A stretch of DNA of 64,000 nucleotides, taken from Desulfatiglandales bacterium. Lineage in GTDB: Bacteria > Desulfobacterota > DSM-4660 > Desulfatiglandales > Desulfatiglandaceae. The notes under the pieces were generated by a model. The model was not told where the DNA came from, made no database searches, and worked only from the letters and a program-made list of their open reading frames with translations. This document shows, one piece after another, positions 50,199-60,367 of this stretch. Every line of letters begins with the position of its first letter. Position 1 is the first letter of the stretch. The stretch is from contig OY759599.1 in the NCBI GenBank assembly GCA_963662465.1, forward strand, positions 5,568,001-5,632,000. The letters run 5' to 3'. A program made the translations under genes and the position numbers.

Positions 50199-52355
50199 TT
50201 AAAGGCTCGAAACGGTTTCGGCCACCTGACGAAAAAAGAGATCATAGTTTAGAGATTTTTCCAAATCCAATACGATGCTTTGTTCAATCAGCTGATCAAA
50301 CCTTGCCGCATGTACCCCATCTCTTTCCTGAATCACCTCTTCCACCTCCTTTTTGAAGCCCCGGGATGCCATTTCCGGTGAAGCGACCCTTCCCACCATA
50401 TGAACGATGGCATGTTCCGGGTGTTCACTGAATTGCAACATCATCTGTTCCAAACTTGCGCGGGAACCGAAAACCGTCAACCAGTCGCCCACTTGAAACC
50501 GCGTAAATCCCCCCGTCACCATCATCTCGCCCTGGCGGCGAATTGACAGGATATGAAGATCCAGTGGAAGGTGCAGATCCCTTATGGCCATGCCTGAAAA
50601 GTCTTCGTTGCGCAATTCAAATTCGATGACCTCCCGCCCTTTTTCCAAGCCCAGGAGAAGGGTTGCCGTTGACGGAGACCGCACAAACTGATCCATGAGA
50701 CTCACAATGGCGGTGGAAGGTTCCACAACCATGGCGCCGAGATCAGAAAATCGTTTGAAATGCTTATGATTATTTAAACGAACCATCACATTTCGCGTGC
50801 CGAAATTCTCATAAACCAACTCGCAAATCCGGTAATTGTCTTCATCGGACAGCATGGCAACGATGGAATCCGCTCGCCCGGCCCCCAATTTTTGCAGCGT
50901 TTGGATGTTGATATGGGAAATGGGATGAATCTCGATTTCCGCATCTCCGGCCATCTGCTGCACATAACGGATTTGCGTGGCGGCGATTTTGACCTCCCAA
51001 TTGTTGGATTGCAGCAATCGAGCCAAGGCGAGGGAATCTCCCTCCAAACCGAAGATCAAGGCATCCCGAACGCTGCCATGGGAACAATCTCCCCCCCGAG
51101 ACGGTACTTCTTTAGCCAGAAAAAGAGCCCACTTGAAAAACGGCGGCCCCACAATTTGGTTCATGACGATGACGGCAATGATGATCGTCGCGAAAGTCGC
51201 CCCCCACTCGGGAAATTCCACAGCCACCTGTTTCGCCAGTCCCAACCCCACCCCCGCCTGGGTAATATAGCACATCCAGCTGATTTTGTTGTATTGATTC
51301 GCTTCTCCCGAAAGAAGGCCGCCGCCATAGGATCCGATGAAAATGCCGACCAGACGAATGGCAAACAGCGCCAGGGAAATCATCCAGCAATGGGCCAGGA
51401 CATCCAGCGCCAGGGAAGCGCCGGTAAGGGTAAAGAAAAGAACATATACAAAGGGCGCGATATCATGGAGTACTTTCATGAGCTCCGTGCGGTAATGGCT
51501 GTAATTGGTGGTCAAAAAACTGCCGACCATACAGATAAGCATGGGTTCCAGCAATACTTCGAAGGTCAAATGCGCCTGGGTGACATGCCGGATTGCCCCG
51601 GACAAAACAAAAACACCGTACCCCGAACCCAGAATGAGGGCGGTCTTCAGGTGCCGATGGAAACGCCCGGACAGGATGAGTTGCACCATTTTTCCAAGCA
51701 AATACCCCACAAACAGGGACAAGCTGAGGTCAAGCGCCAAAATCAGAAGGAACCGAAGCTCAAATTCCCGACCCGTCAACAATGTAGCAGCCACAGACAC
51801 GTTAATGCTGAACACCACGATAACGACCACATCCATGATCACCGTGACGCCCAGTGCGGTTTTGGTAAAAGGGCCTTTGGCCCTCAATTCATTGACCACC
51901 GCAATGGCGGACGACGGGGACCTGGCCACGAGGATGGCGCCCACCAGAATGGAAACCGCGGCCCTGTGAAGCGGCGGCATGGCTTTGGTAAAAGGGATGC
52001 ATTCGGAAAGCAGAAAAAAAGAGACCGACCCCAAAGTGAACGTAGCGAGAACCAATCCAAGGGTTACGCAGCGAATGCTTTTAAAACGGCCCCTCAGTTG
52101 CCGAACATACAATTCGTTGCCCGCGGCAAACGCAATAAAGGCCAGGGATATCTCATCAACGAAACCCAGTGCTTCGATGGTATGAATGGGAATCAGTTTC
52201 AGGATATAAGGACCCGCAATCATTCCGGTTAATAGGAATCCGCTGATTAAGGGAAGCTTTAACCGGTAGAAAAATTCTCCGATCTGTTTTGCCGCCAAGG
52301 CAACCAGAAGAAAGCCCGCGATCAGCGCAAACCAAATTTGACCGTCATTGACCAT
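50199..52355 (-). CDS. Cation:proton antiporter with TrkA-N/TrkA-C domains
   Basis: About 12 TM segments, SPSSAIAV, QAGVGLGLA, followed by RCK domains. Confidence 0.88.
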   Translation of the reverse strand: MVNDGQIWFALIAGFLLVALAAKQIGEFFYRLKLPLISGFLLTGMIAGPYILKLIPIHTIEALGFVDEISLAFIAFAAGNELYVRQLRGRFKSIRCVTLGLVLATFTLGSVSFFLLSECIPFTKAMPPLHRAAVSILVGAILVARSPSSAIAVVNELRAKGPFTKTALGVTVIMDVVVIVVFSINVSVAATLLTGREFELRFLLILALDLSLSLFVGYLLGKMVQLILSGRFHRHLKTALILGSGYGVFVLSGAIRHVTQAHLTFEVLLEPMLICMVGSFLTTNYSHYRTELMKVLHDIAPFVYVLFFTLTGASLALDVLAHCWMISLALFAIRLVGIFIGSYGGGLLSGEANQYNKISWMCYITQAGVGLGLAKQVAVEFPEWGATFATIIIAVIVMNQIVGPPFFKWALFLAKEVPSRGGDCSHGSVRDALIFGLEGDSLALARLLQSNNWEVKIAATQIRYVQQMAGDAEIEIHPISHINIQTLQKLGAGRADSIVAMLSDEDNYRICELVYENFGTRNVMVRLNNHKHFKRFSDLGAMVVEPSTAIVSLMDQFVRSPSTATLLLGLEKGREVIEFELRNEDFSGMAIRDLHLPLDLHILSIRRQGEMMVTGGFTRFQVGDWLTVFGSRASLEQMMLQFSEHPEHAIVHMVGRVASPEMASRGFKKEVEEVIQERDGVHAARFDQLIEQSIVLDLEKSLNYDLFFRQVAETVSSL

Positions 52356-53244
52356 CCGTGAATCCTAGCTTCATCTCCTGAAACAACTCTCCCGCATGGA
52401 AGGAACTGCGAACAAAGGGACCCGCAGCCACGCCCTGAAAACCCATTTGCCGAGCGGTTTTTTCCCATTCCAGAAATTCATCCGGCGAAACATATGCCAC
52501 AACGGGATGGTGTTCCCTGGAAGGGGCCAGATACTGGCCCAGGGTCAGGAGACGGCAACCCGCCGCCAGGAGGTCTTGAAATGTCTGAAGTACTTCATCA
52601 GGGGTTTCTCCCAGGCCCAGCATCAAACCCGATTTGGCAGCAATGGCGGGATTGATGCCGCCAACCCTTTGAATCAATTGCAGGGAACCATGGTAATCCG
52701 CCTGAGGTCGAACTTGCGGATAAAGCCTGGGAACGGTCTCCACATTGTGATTGAGGACATGGGGCGCCGCTGCCATGACGGTCTTGAGATCGTCTTGGGA
52801 CCCCTGGAAATCGGGAATCAGCACTTCCACTCGTGTACCGGGATTTCGATTTTTGATGGCGCAAATGGTCTCGGCAAAATGCCCTGCTCCGCCGTCCGGA
52901 AGATCGTCGCGGGTGACGGAAGTAACCACGGCATACCGAAGCCCCAGTTCCTTCACGGCATTGGCCACCTTTTGGGGTTCTTCTTTGTCCGGGGGCTCGG
53001 GAATCCCATGGCGCACCGCACAGAACCGGCAATTCCGGGTGCAGCGATCCCCCAGAATCATAAAGGTGGCGGTTCCTCTTGAAAAACACTCTCCCAAATT
53101 GGGGCAGAGGGCCGCTTCGCAAACCGTACGCAAACTGCATTCCTTGAGAAGCCTGACGACTTTGTTGTAAGCGTGGCCCGAGGAGAGCCGCTTTTTCAGC
53201 CAGGGGGGCTTAGTGGGCATGGGTCTTCCGGTATCGTTCATCAT
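52345..53244 (-). CDS. lipA: Lipoyl synthase
   Basis: KPPWL, TVCEAALCPNLGEC, CTRNCRFC, TSVTRDDL, NHNVETV, GQYL, VRSSF. Confidence 0.97.
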   Translation of the reverse strand: MMNDTGRPMPTKPPWLKKRLSSGHAYNKVVRLLKECSLRTVCEAALCPNLGECFSRGTATFMILGDRCTRNCRFCAVRHGIPEPPDKEEPQKVANAVKELGLRYAVVTSVTRDDLPDGGAGHFAETICAIKNRNPGTRVEVLIPDFQGSQDDLKTVMAAAPHVLNHNVETVPRLYPQVRPQADYHGSLQLIQRVGGINPAIAAKSGLMLGLGETPDEVLQTFQDLLAAGCRLLTLGQYLAPSREHHPVVAYVSPDEFLEWEKTARQMGFQGVAAGPFVRSSFHAGELFQEMKLGFTDGQ

Positions 53245-53960
53245 GATATCTTTCCATGGGGGTGAAGGGAGGGCGTCAATGACCGCATCATGGTCCAAAA
53301 ATCATCCGGTTTCATCTGATCCAGAATCATATCAAAAATCTTCTGAAAATGACGGACCATCAAGTCTTTCATCCGGGTCATGGAAAACTCTCTTTCAAGG
53401 AGAGCGGCCATGGCGGTAACCCGGACCCCTTTAAGCCCGCAGGGATGGATGATTTGAAAAAAGTTGAGGTCGGGCATCACGTTCAGGGCAAGTCCATGAA
53501 AAGAGATCCCTTTTCGAACAGCGATTCCCACAAACCCAATCTTTTCATTCTCCACCCAGACCCCACGGTTTCTTTTATTTCGTTCACCCGCAATGCCGCA
53601 ATCCTTCAGAACCCGAATCATCACTTCTTCCAACCGTTCCACAAAATCAAGAACCCCGATACCGTTTTTCCCGATGGCAAAAATGGGATAGGCCACCAGC
53701 TGCCCCGGACCATGATAGGTCACGTCTCCGCCCCGTTCAATATGGACGCATGCAATCCCTTGTTGCTGAAGGGTCGATTCGGAGACCAGAACATTTTCCG
53801 CCCCCGCCCGCCTGCCGAAGGTAAGAACGTGCGGATGTTCCACCAGGAGAAGGGTGTCCGGCAGCAAACTTGCGGCGCGTGCGCCATGAATGGCGTGCTG
53901 CAATCGCAGGCACGCCGGGTACGCAATGGTTTTTAGGTCTGAAACAATGGGGTTAGGCAT
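53241..53960 (-). CDS. lipB: Octanoyltransferase
   Basis: EHPHVLTFG, RGGDVTYHGPGQLVAYPI, HGLALNV, PCGL. Confidence 0.96.
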   Translation of the reverse strand: MPNPIVSDLKTIAYPACLRLQHAIHGARAASLLPDTLLLVEHPHVLTFGRRAGAENVLVSESTLQQQGIACVHIERGGDVTYHGPGQLVAYPIFAIGKNGIGVLDFVERLEEVMIRVLKDCGIAGERNKRNRGVWVENEKIGFVGIAVRKGISFHGLALNVMPDLNFFQIIHPCGLKGVRVTAMAALLEREFSMTRMKDLMVRHFQKIFDMILDQMKPDDFWTMMRSLTPSLHPHGKIS

Positions 53961-54261
53961 TTTTATCCGAAGGGTCGAGTTTCGCAAGAATTTCCCCTTC
54001 AGCGTTCAAAACGAACAACCAAAACCCTTCTTCAGTCAATTTTGGGGCCAGATCCTGATATTGGATGGCTTGAATCTCAAACTTCCGCCCTTTTTCCCTG
54101 GCCAGGAGATGCAGTCCCTGCAGGGCCGCATCTTTTCCCAGAAATGCGGGAATAAATGAAATGTTATTTTTGCCGTCCCTTTGTCCCAGAAACTGCTCGT
54201 TTTCACCCGGGTCCTCGGCTACCAGCCAAAGCCATGTATCTTCCTTAATCTTTTCAGGCAT
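53953..54261 (-). CDS. Hypothetical protein
   Basis: 102-aa ORF in an operon-like arrangement, overlapping the lipB start. Confidence 0.7.
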   Translation of the reverse strand: MPEKIKEDTWLWLVAEDPGENEQFLGQRDGKNNISFIPAFLGKDAALQGLHLLAREKGRKFEIQAIQYQDLAPKLTEEGFWLFVLNAEGEILAKLDPSDKNA

Positions 54262-54273
54262 TTCAACACCCTT

Positions 54274-57200
54274 TCATTTTATTGTTTTCGATTTAAAAAA
54301 CGGCTTTAGATCCGGATGATCGAAAGCCTCGTCAATTTCACTTAAGATATTCGCTTTTCGGCGTTTGCGGTTTCGAATGAAAAAACCGATATCATCCAGA
54401 ATAGCATAATATGCCGGCACCATGGAAAGAATCAGGAACGTCGCAAAGGCCAGTCCCCACATGATGGCCGTGGCCAGCGGCGCCCAGAAAATGGATTTCC
54501 CACCGAGCCCGAAGGCCATGGGCGCCAACCCGCAGATGGTGGTGATGCTGGTCAGAATGATGGGGCGCATACGCACGTGGCAGGCCAGGACGATGGCCAG
54601 GTAAATCCGATCCGGATGGTCTTTCCGATAACGGTTGATAAAATCGATCAGGACCAGAGAATCGTTAACCACGATGCCGGTGAGGGTCAACAGCCCGATA
54701 AGGGTAATGAACGTCAGGGGGTTGTTGCTCACCAGCAACCCGATCAGAACCCCCAGGGACGCAAATGGGATGGTAACCATGATAATAAAGGGCTGGGTAA
54801 AAGAATTGAACTGAAGGGAAAGGATAAAAAAGATAAAAAACAGCGCCATGATGGCTGCGTAGCCCAATTCCCTCAGGGATGCGTCGGTTTCCTCCTGAAG
54901 CCCCCCGGCGATGAGCCTGGCCCCCGGGAAGTCATGTTTGACGCGGTTAAAAGCGTCCATGGCGATTTGATTAGCCCTGACCGCCGTCATCTTTTTCCCT
55001 TCCAGGTTTGACAGAAAACCGCTGAAACCCTCTTTTTTCTGAACCGTCTCCCGGATGTTGGCGGTCAGGTTCACGGTCTGTTTTCCGTTGTAGTGATAAA
55101 TATTATGAAAGCCGGGAACCAGTTCTATTTCAGCCACTTCTTTCAAAGGGACGTCTCTCTGGCCGGGGACGGCAATCCTCAAATTGAGCAGATCGTCAAA
55201 GTCACGCCGATATTGGGGCAAATATTTCAGTTTGATGTCCTGCTCGTTGTCGCCCCGGTTGTAGGTGGCCACTTTCATGCCGTGAAAACCGGCCTGAACG
55301 GCCATCACCAGGTCTTTTTGTTGAATGCCCAAACTTCGGGCCCTGCCTTCATCGACGGTGATCTCCATGAACTGTTTGTCCCGGGAAAAGTCGTTGTGTA
55401 TCTCCACGATGCCATCGTGTCGGGTCAGCTCCTTTTGAATCGACTCCGAAATGGCAGCGGACATCTCCCACGACGGCGACTGGATTTTCAAATCCACGTC
55501 GGCGCCCACGGGGGGGCCTTCAATGAGCCGTTCCAGCACAAAGGCGGTGGCCCCTTTTTCGGTGAGGAGTTTTTCCACATCCTCTCGAACGCTTTCCATC
55601 ACTTCCACCACCGAATGCTTTCGATCCTTTTCTTCTTTCAGAATCACATTGAGAATGCCGAAGTGTTTTCCGTAAATGGGGGCGTAGTTGACCTCTTTCA
55701 TTCCTGCCACCGCAATGGGCGCCGACAGATCTTCGCCGATGCGCTTGTTCAGCAGGTCAGTAAGAGCCACAAGGGTCTTTTGTGTTCGTTCCAGGCTTGA
55801 ACCGACCGGCAGGTCAAAGTGAATGTTGAACCTTGGGAACGCGTCGCTTTTGGGAAACATGATGAAATCGGTCTGAAAGTAGAGAAGAAAGGCCAGTCCC
55901 GTTGCCAGAACAATAAAAAGGACGGACAGATACCTGTGCCGCAACACGGCCCGCAACATGGGGTAATAGGCTCTACGGACCGGGTGAAACACGTCGAAGC
56001 GGCGTTTGGGAACGCCTTTTTGGGTTTCCCTGGGCCCCAGTTCCACCATGTGGGACGGCAGCATGAAAAACACTTCAAAAAGAGATGCCAGCAAAGCAAA
56101 TATGACCACCTTGGGTAGCCCCGCCATGTACCTGCCGATGATGCCGCCCACCATGATCAGGATGGGAACAAAAGCGGCGATGGTAGTGGAAACGGAGGCC
56201 AGCACCGGCGCCAGCACCTGACGGCTTCCGTCGAGGGTAGCCTCCACAATGGATTTTCCCTGCTCCCTGTGACGAAAAATATTCTCCAGCACCACAATGG
56301 CATCATCCACCACGATGCCCAAAACCAGAATCAACCCGAAAAGGGTCAATCCGTTGATGGAAAGCCCCGCAATTTTCATGAGGATAAACGTCAGCAGAAA
56401 AGCGATGGGAATCCCCACGGATGCAAAAAGCGCGTTCCTCAACCCCATGGACACCCACAAAATCAAAAAAACCAGAAAGATGCCCATCAGACCATTGATC
56501 TGGAGTTCCCTGATCCGTTTTTTGATTTCCCGGGACTGGTCAAAATAAAGCGTCGTTTTAAGACCGGGATAGGCGCCCTCAAGGTTCTTTATGACGGCTT
56601 TAACGTCATCCACCATCTGAATCATATTAACCTTTTTCTTTCGTTTGACGGAAAGCACCAGCGCATTTTCATTGTTGATTCGGGTAAGGGTTCGCGGCAT
56701 TTCCAATGTGGGCGATATGGTGGCGACGTCGCGAAGATAAACCGTATTCCCATGGACATTTTTGACGGCGATCTCCCCCATGGTCTCGGGACGGGGCGTT
56801 TCGCCCAGCATCCGAATGGCCGCCTCATGATCCCCCATCTCCAGGGTTCCCCCCGGCAGATTCCGCATGCGAGCGGCCAGGGCGTCGGCCACCTCGGGAA
56901 CGGAAACGCCGTGGGCGCTCATGAGGCGGGGGTTCAACTCCACCCAGATTTCCGTTTCCCGTTCTCCCACGATATTGACTTCCGATACCCCATCGATGTT
57001 TTCAAGGGTATCGGAAATGTCTTCCGCAATATCCTGGAGCTGCATCATGGGCAAAGGTCCCGCTAGACCCACCATGCACACGGGAAAGATGGCGATATCG
57101 ATCTCCAGGACCCGGGGAATCTTTGCATCTTCGGGCAGTTCGTCCACACTGTCCACGGCATTTCTGACCTCCTGCATGGCTTGATCGATTTCGTATTCGT

Positions 57201-57498
57201 TGAGGTCGGTGTTGAAAAAGACATGGATATTGGAGGAGCTTTCAAAGGAGCGGGATTCAAAACGCCTGATATCGGAGATGCCTTCCAGCTCATCCTCAAT
57301 TTTTTTGGTGACGAGTTTTTCCATTTCCTCGGCGGAAAAACCAGGGCACAGGGTGATAATGATCCCTTCACCCACGGTGATGTCGGGGTCCAGAAACCTG
57401 GGCATGGCCTTATAGGAATAGAGCCCGAAAATCACAATGAGAAAAAAGGCCATGCGCACCACGATGGGACGTTCAATGGCAAATTTGGTTAGAAACAT
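54274..57498 (-). CDS. RND efflux transporter (AcrB/AcrD/AcrF family)
   Basis: 1074 aa; GIVVDDAIVVLEN, GIVVNDSLVL, RMRPIILTSITT. Confidence 0.95.
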   Translation of the reverse strand: MFLTKFAIERPIVVRMAFFLIVIFGLYSYKAMPRFLDPDITVGEGIIITLCPGFSAEEMEKLVTKKIEDELEGISDIRRFESRSFESSSNIHVFFNTDLNEYEIDQAMQEVRNAVDSVDELPEDAKIPRVLEIDIAIFPVCMVGLAGPLPMMQLQDIAEDISDTLENIDGVSEVNIVGERETEIWVELNPRLMSAHGVSVPEVADALAARMRNLPGGTLEMGDHEAAIRMLGETPRPETMGEIAVKNVHGNTVYLRDVATISPTLEMPRTLTRINNENALVLSVKRKKKVNMIQMVDDVKAVIKNLEGAYPGLKTTLYFDQSREIKKRIRELQINGLMGIFLVFLILWVSMGLRNALFASVGIPIAFLLTFILMKIAGLSINGLTLFGLILVLGIVVDDAIVVLENIFRHREQGKSIVEATLDGSRQVLAPVLASVSTTIAAFVPILIMVGGIIGRYMAGLPKVVIFALLASLFEVFFMLPSHMVELGPRETQKGVPKRRFDVFHPVRRAYYPMLRAVLRHRYLSVLFIVLATGLAFLLYFQTDFIMFPKSDAFPRFNIHFDLPVGSSLERTQKTLVALTDLLNKRIGEDLSAPIAVAGMKEVNYAPIYGKHFGILNVILKEEKDRKHSVVEVMESVREDVEKLLTEKGATAFVLERLIEGPPVGADVDLKIQSPSWEMSAAISESIQKELTRHDGIVEIHNDFSRDKQFMEITVDEGRARSLGIQQKDLVMAVQAGFHGMKVATYNRGDNEQDIKLKYLPQYRRDFDDLLNLRIAVPGQRDVPLKEVAEIELVPGFHNIYHYNGKQTVNLTANIRETVQKKEGFSGFLSNLEGKKMTAVRANQIAMDAFNRVKHDFPGARLIAGGLQEETDASLRELGYAAIMALFFIFFILSLQFNSFTQPFIIMVTIPFASLGVLIGLLVSNNPLTFITLIGLLTLTGIVVNDSLVLIDFINRYRKDHPDRIYLAIVLACHVRMRPIILTSITTICGLAPMAFGLGGKSIFWAPLATAIMWGLAFATFLILSMVPAYYAILDDIGFFIRNRKRRKANILSEIDEAFDHPDLKPFFKSKTIK

Positions 57499-57746
57499 AG
57501 GAGCACGTTCTGTTTTCCAACTGTTTGGGTTTTAGCGCCTGTTTGAGAATTATCGTGAAGCACTATAAATCAGTCGCGGGATCGGTGCAAGTTTTGGCTT
57601 TTAAAAAAAATTGACGATAATTGAAAAAGCGGTAAAGAGTGGGTTGCAATGATGTAAATCTTGATTTATAAGGAATTTAGTCGTTTGACAAAATAAATCT
57701 CAACCAACCTTTTTTTCAACATGGCCTTTGGGGTAAAGGAGAGCAG

Positions 57747-58400
57747 ATGAGCATCAATACAAGCATTTACGTTCGTTCGTCAACCGGGAATGCCGCTTAC
57801 CTGGACTGGCTTCAGATGTTGACGGGCGCCGGGCTGATCCTGTTCATGTGGAGTCACATGATTTTAGTAGCCAGCGTTAACCTGGGCGCGGGCGCCATGA
57901 ATACCCTGGCCTATTTTTTTGAGGCCACCTACATGGCCCAGGTGGGAGGACCGTTGATCGGCGCCACCATGCTGTTTCATTTTGTCCTGGCGGCCCGCAA
58001 GGTACCGTTTCGGGCGGAGCAGCAGGCCACCATCTGGAAACATGCCAGGCTTTTGCACCACCAGGATACCTGGCTCTGGCTCATCCAGGCCTTCACGGCC
58101 ATGGTCATCCTGATCATGGGCTCCATTCACATGTGGACGGTGCTGACAGACCTTCCCATTACAGCAGCCAAAAGCGCCGCCAGGATACAGGGGGGCTTCT
58201 GGCTGGTCTTTTATCTGATTCTCCTGCCCATGGTGGAGCTTCATGTGGGCATCGGGTTTTATCGCATCGCCGTCAAATGGGGATTTATCAAACGAAAAGA
58301 ACGAAAGAAATTTCACAGGTTTGAAAATATCCTGACCGGCATCTTTATTTTTATCGGGCTGGTGACCATTGTCAGGTTCATGTTTCTAACGGCCAGTTGA
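57747..58400 (+). CDS. frdC: Fumarate reductase/succinate dehydrogenase cytochrome b subunit
   Basis: Five TM helices with haem-ligand histidines (WSHM, FHF, IHM, ELH); upstream of frdAB. Confidence 0.9.
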   Translation: MSINTSIYVRSSTGNAAYLDWLQMLTGAGLILFMWSHMILVASVNLGAGAMNTLAYFFEATYMAQVGGPLIGATMLFHFVLAARKVPFRAEQQATIWKHARLLHHQDTWLWLIQAFTAMVILIMGSIHMWTVLTDLPITAAKSAARIQGGFWLVFYLILLPMVELHVGIGFYRIAVKWGFIKRKERKKFHRFENILTGIFIFIGLVTIVRFMFLTAS

Positions 58401-58403
58401 ATC

Positions 58404-58513
58404 AAGTTCTAAGTGTTACGTGTTAAGTTTTAAGTATTGATAGTTGACCCTGTATTCGTTTCTTAAAACGTAAAACTTAAAACCTAAAACTAAAAAGCGG
58501 CCTACCGCTTTTT
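58404..58513. repeat. Inverted heptamer arrays plus a terminator-like hairpin between frdC and frdA
   Basis: Five AAGT(T/G/A)(T/C)T-like units (58404-58438) face five C(T/G/C)TAAAA-like units (58462-58496), followed by AAAAAGCGG-CCTA-CCGCTTTTT. Confidence 0.7.
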
Positions 58514-58526
58514 CGGAGCGAAATCA

Positions 58527-60365
58527 TTGGAAACAATCATAACAGACCTATTGTGCATCGGAGCCGGACTTGCCGGTGAACGGGTGGCTGTTGAAGCGGC
58601 ATCCGCCGGATTTGACGCCCTGTGCCTGAGCATTGTACCGCCCAGACGTTCCCATTCCTCCGCCGCTCAGGGAGGCATGCAGGCGGCTCTGGGGAGCTGC
58701 TTCAAAGGAGACGGAGACTGCCCTGATGTGCATTTTTCAGACACAGTAAAAGGCTCGGACTGGGGTTGCGACCAAGAAGTCGCCCGGTTATTTGCGGAAA
58801 CAGCGCCCATCGCCGTTCGGGAAATGGCCTTTTGGGGGATTCCCTGGAACCGGGTGGAGCCGGGAAAATCCACTTACTTCAAGGGTGGGAAGCAGTTTGA
58901 AAAAATTGAGGCGGCGGCCAAACAGGGACTCATCACCGCCCGGGATTTTGGCGGCACCGCTAAATGGCGCACCTGCTATACCTCCGACGGCACCGGACAC
59001 ACCCTCTTGTACACCATGGACAACAAGGTGGTGGAATTGGGGGTCAGGGTGCATGACCGCATGGAAGCCATTTCGCTCATTCATGACGGCGAGAAATGCA
59101 CGGGCGTGGTGGCCCGTTGCTTGAAAACCGGAAAATTGCGCGCCTACCTGGCCAAAGCCACCCTCATTGCCACGGGCGGTTACGGCCGCATTTACCGGGA
59201 AACCACCAATGCCGTCATCAATGACGGTTCGGGCGCCATCATCGCTCTGGATACGGGGATCGTACCCCTGGGAAATCCCGAGGCCATTCAGTTTCATCCC
59301 ACCGGCATCGTGCCCACCAATATTCTGGTGACGGAAGGGTGTCGGGGGGACGGCGGGACCTTGCTGGATGTGAACGAAGAACGGTTTATGGACAAATACG
59401 AACCGGAAAAGGCGGAACTGGCCTCCAGGGACGTGGTGTCCAGATGGATGACCCATCACATTCGAAAAGGGCTTGGCGTCAAAAGCCCCTATGGCGACCA
59501 TTTATGGCTCGACATTCGGCACCTGGGAACGCAACACATCAAAACCAAATTACGGGAAGTAGAAGAGATCTGCAACAACTTCCTGGGCGTTGATCCCATC
59601 ACCCAATTGATCCCCGTGCGACCGGCCCAGCATTACACCATGGCAGGGGTTCGCACCAACAAGGATGGGGCCGTATATGGTCTGAAGGGCCTGTTTTCAG
59701 CGGGAGAGGCCGCCTGCTGGGATATGCACGGATTCAATCGCCTCGGCGGCAACTCCCTCGCGGAAACCATCGTGGCCGGCAAAATCGTCGGCGAAAAGGT
59801 GGTGGAATTTCTCCAAGGGTATGAGACGGCATTTGACACTGCCATTACCCGCCAAGCCCTGTTAAAAGAGCAAGGGCGCATTGATGACCTGATCCAGTGT
59901 TGTGGCGGCAAGGAGAACGTTTTTAAAGTTCGCAATGCCATGCAAGACGAACTCATGGACCATGTGGGTATTTTTCGAAACGGAAAAGATCTTCAAACAG
60001 CCGTGGATAACCTGCAGGAAATTTATGCACGGGCAAAGCAGGTGGGGTTGAGATCCAACGGCATCGGAGTCAACCCGGAACTGTCCCTGGCCCTGAAAAT
60101 CAAGGGGATGGTAAGACTGGCGCTCTGCGCAGCCTATGCGGCCCTTCAACGGACCGAAAGCCGGGGGTGCCATGCCAGGGAGGATTATGAGGCGCGCAAT
60201 GATCGGGACTGGTTAAAACGAACCCTGGCCACCTGGAAGGAAGGGGACACCCTTCCCACCCTTAATTATGAACCGGTCAGCCCGACATTTGAACTGGCCC
60301 CCGGTGAAAGAGGCTATGGCACTTGTAAAATCATTACCTGTACGGACACCGACATAGGAGATTAA
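58527..60365 (+). CDS. frdA: Fumarate reductase flavoprotein subunit
   Basis: IGAGLAG, RSHSSAAQGG, QFHPT, TEGCRGDGG, ELASRDVVSR, HGFNRLGGNSL, RTESRGCH. Confidence 0.96.
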   Translation: METIITDLLCIGAGLAGERVAVEAASAGFDALCLSIVPPRRSHSSAAQGGMQAALGSCFKGDGDCPDVHFSDTVKGSDWGCDQEVARLFAETAPIAVREMAFWGIPWNRVEPGKSTYFKGGKQFEKIEAAAKQGLITARDFGGTAKWRTCYTSDGTGHTLLYTMDNKVVELGVRVHDRMEAISLIHDGEKCTGVVARCLKTGKLRAYLAKATLIATGGYGRIYRETTNAVINDGSGAIIALDTGIVPLGNPEAIQFHPTGIVPTNILVTEGCRGDGGTLLDVNEERFMDKYEPEKAELASRDVVSRWMTHHIRKGLGVKSPYGDHLWLDIRHLGTQHIKTKLREVEEICNNFLGVDPITQLIPVRPAQHYTMAGVRTNKDGAVYGLKGLFSAGEAACWDMHGFNRLGGNSLAETIVAGKIVGEKVVEFLQGYETAFDTAITRQALLKEQGRIDDLIQCCGGKENVFKVRNAMQDELMDHVGIFRNGKDLQTAVDNLQEIYARAKQVGLRSNGIGVNPELSLALKIKGMVRLALCAAYAALQRTESRGCHAREDYEARNDRDWLKRTLATWKEGDTLPTLNYEPVSPTFELAPGERGYGTCKIITCTDTDIGD

Positions 60366-60367
60366 TA

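Noticed and set aside
50892..52232. 446-aa + strand ORF and other long antisense ORFs (e.g. 18255-19031, 38446-39198, 56269-57066)
   Set aside because: They are shadows of well-supported genes on the opposite strand and have no recognisable motifs.
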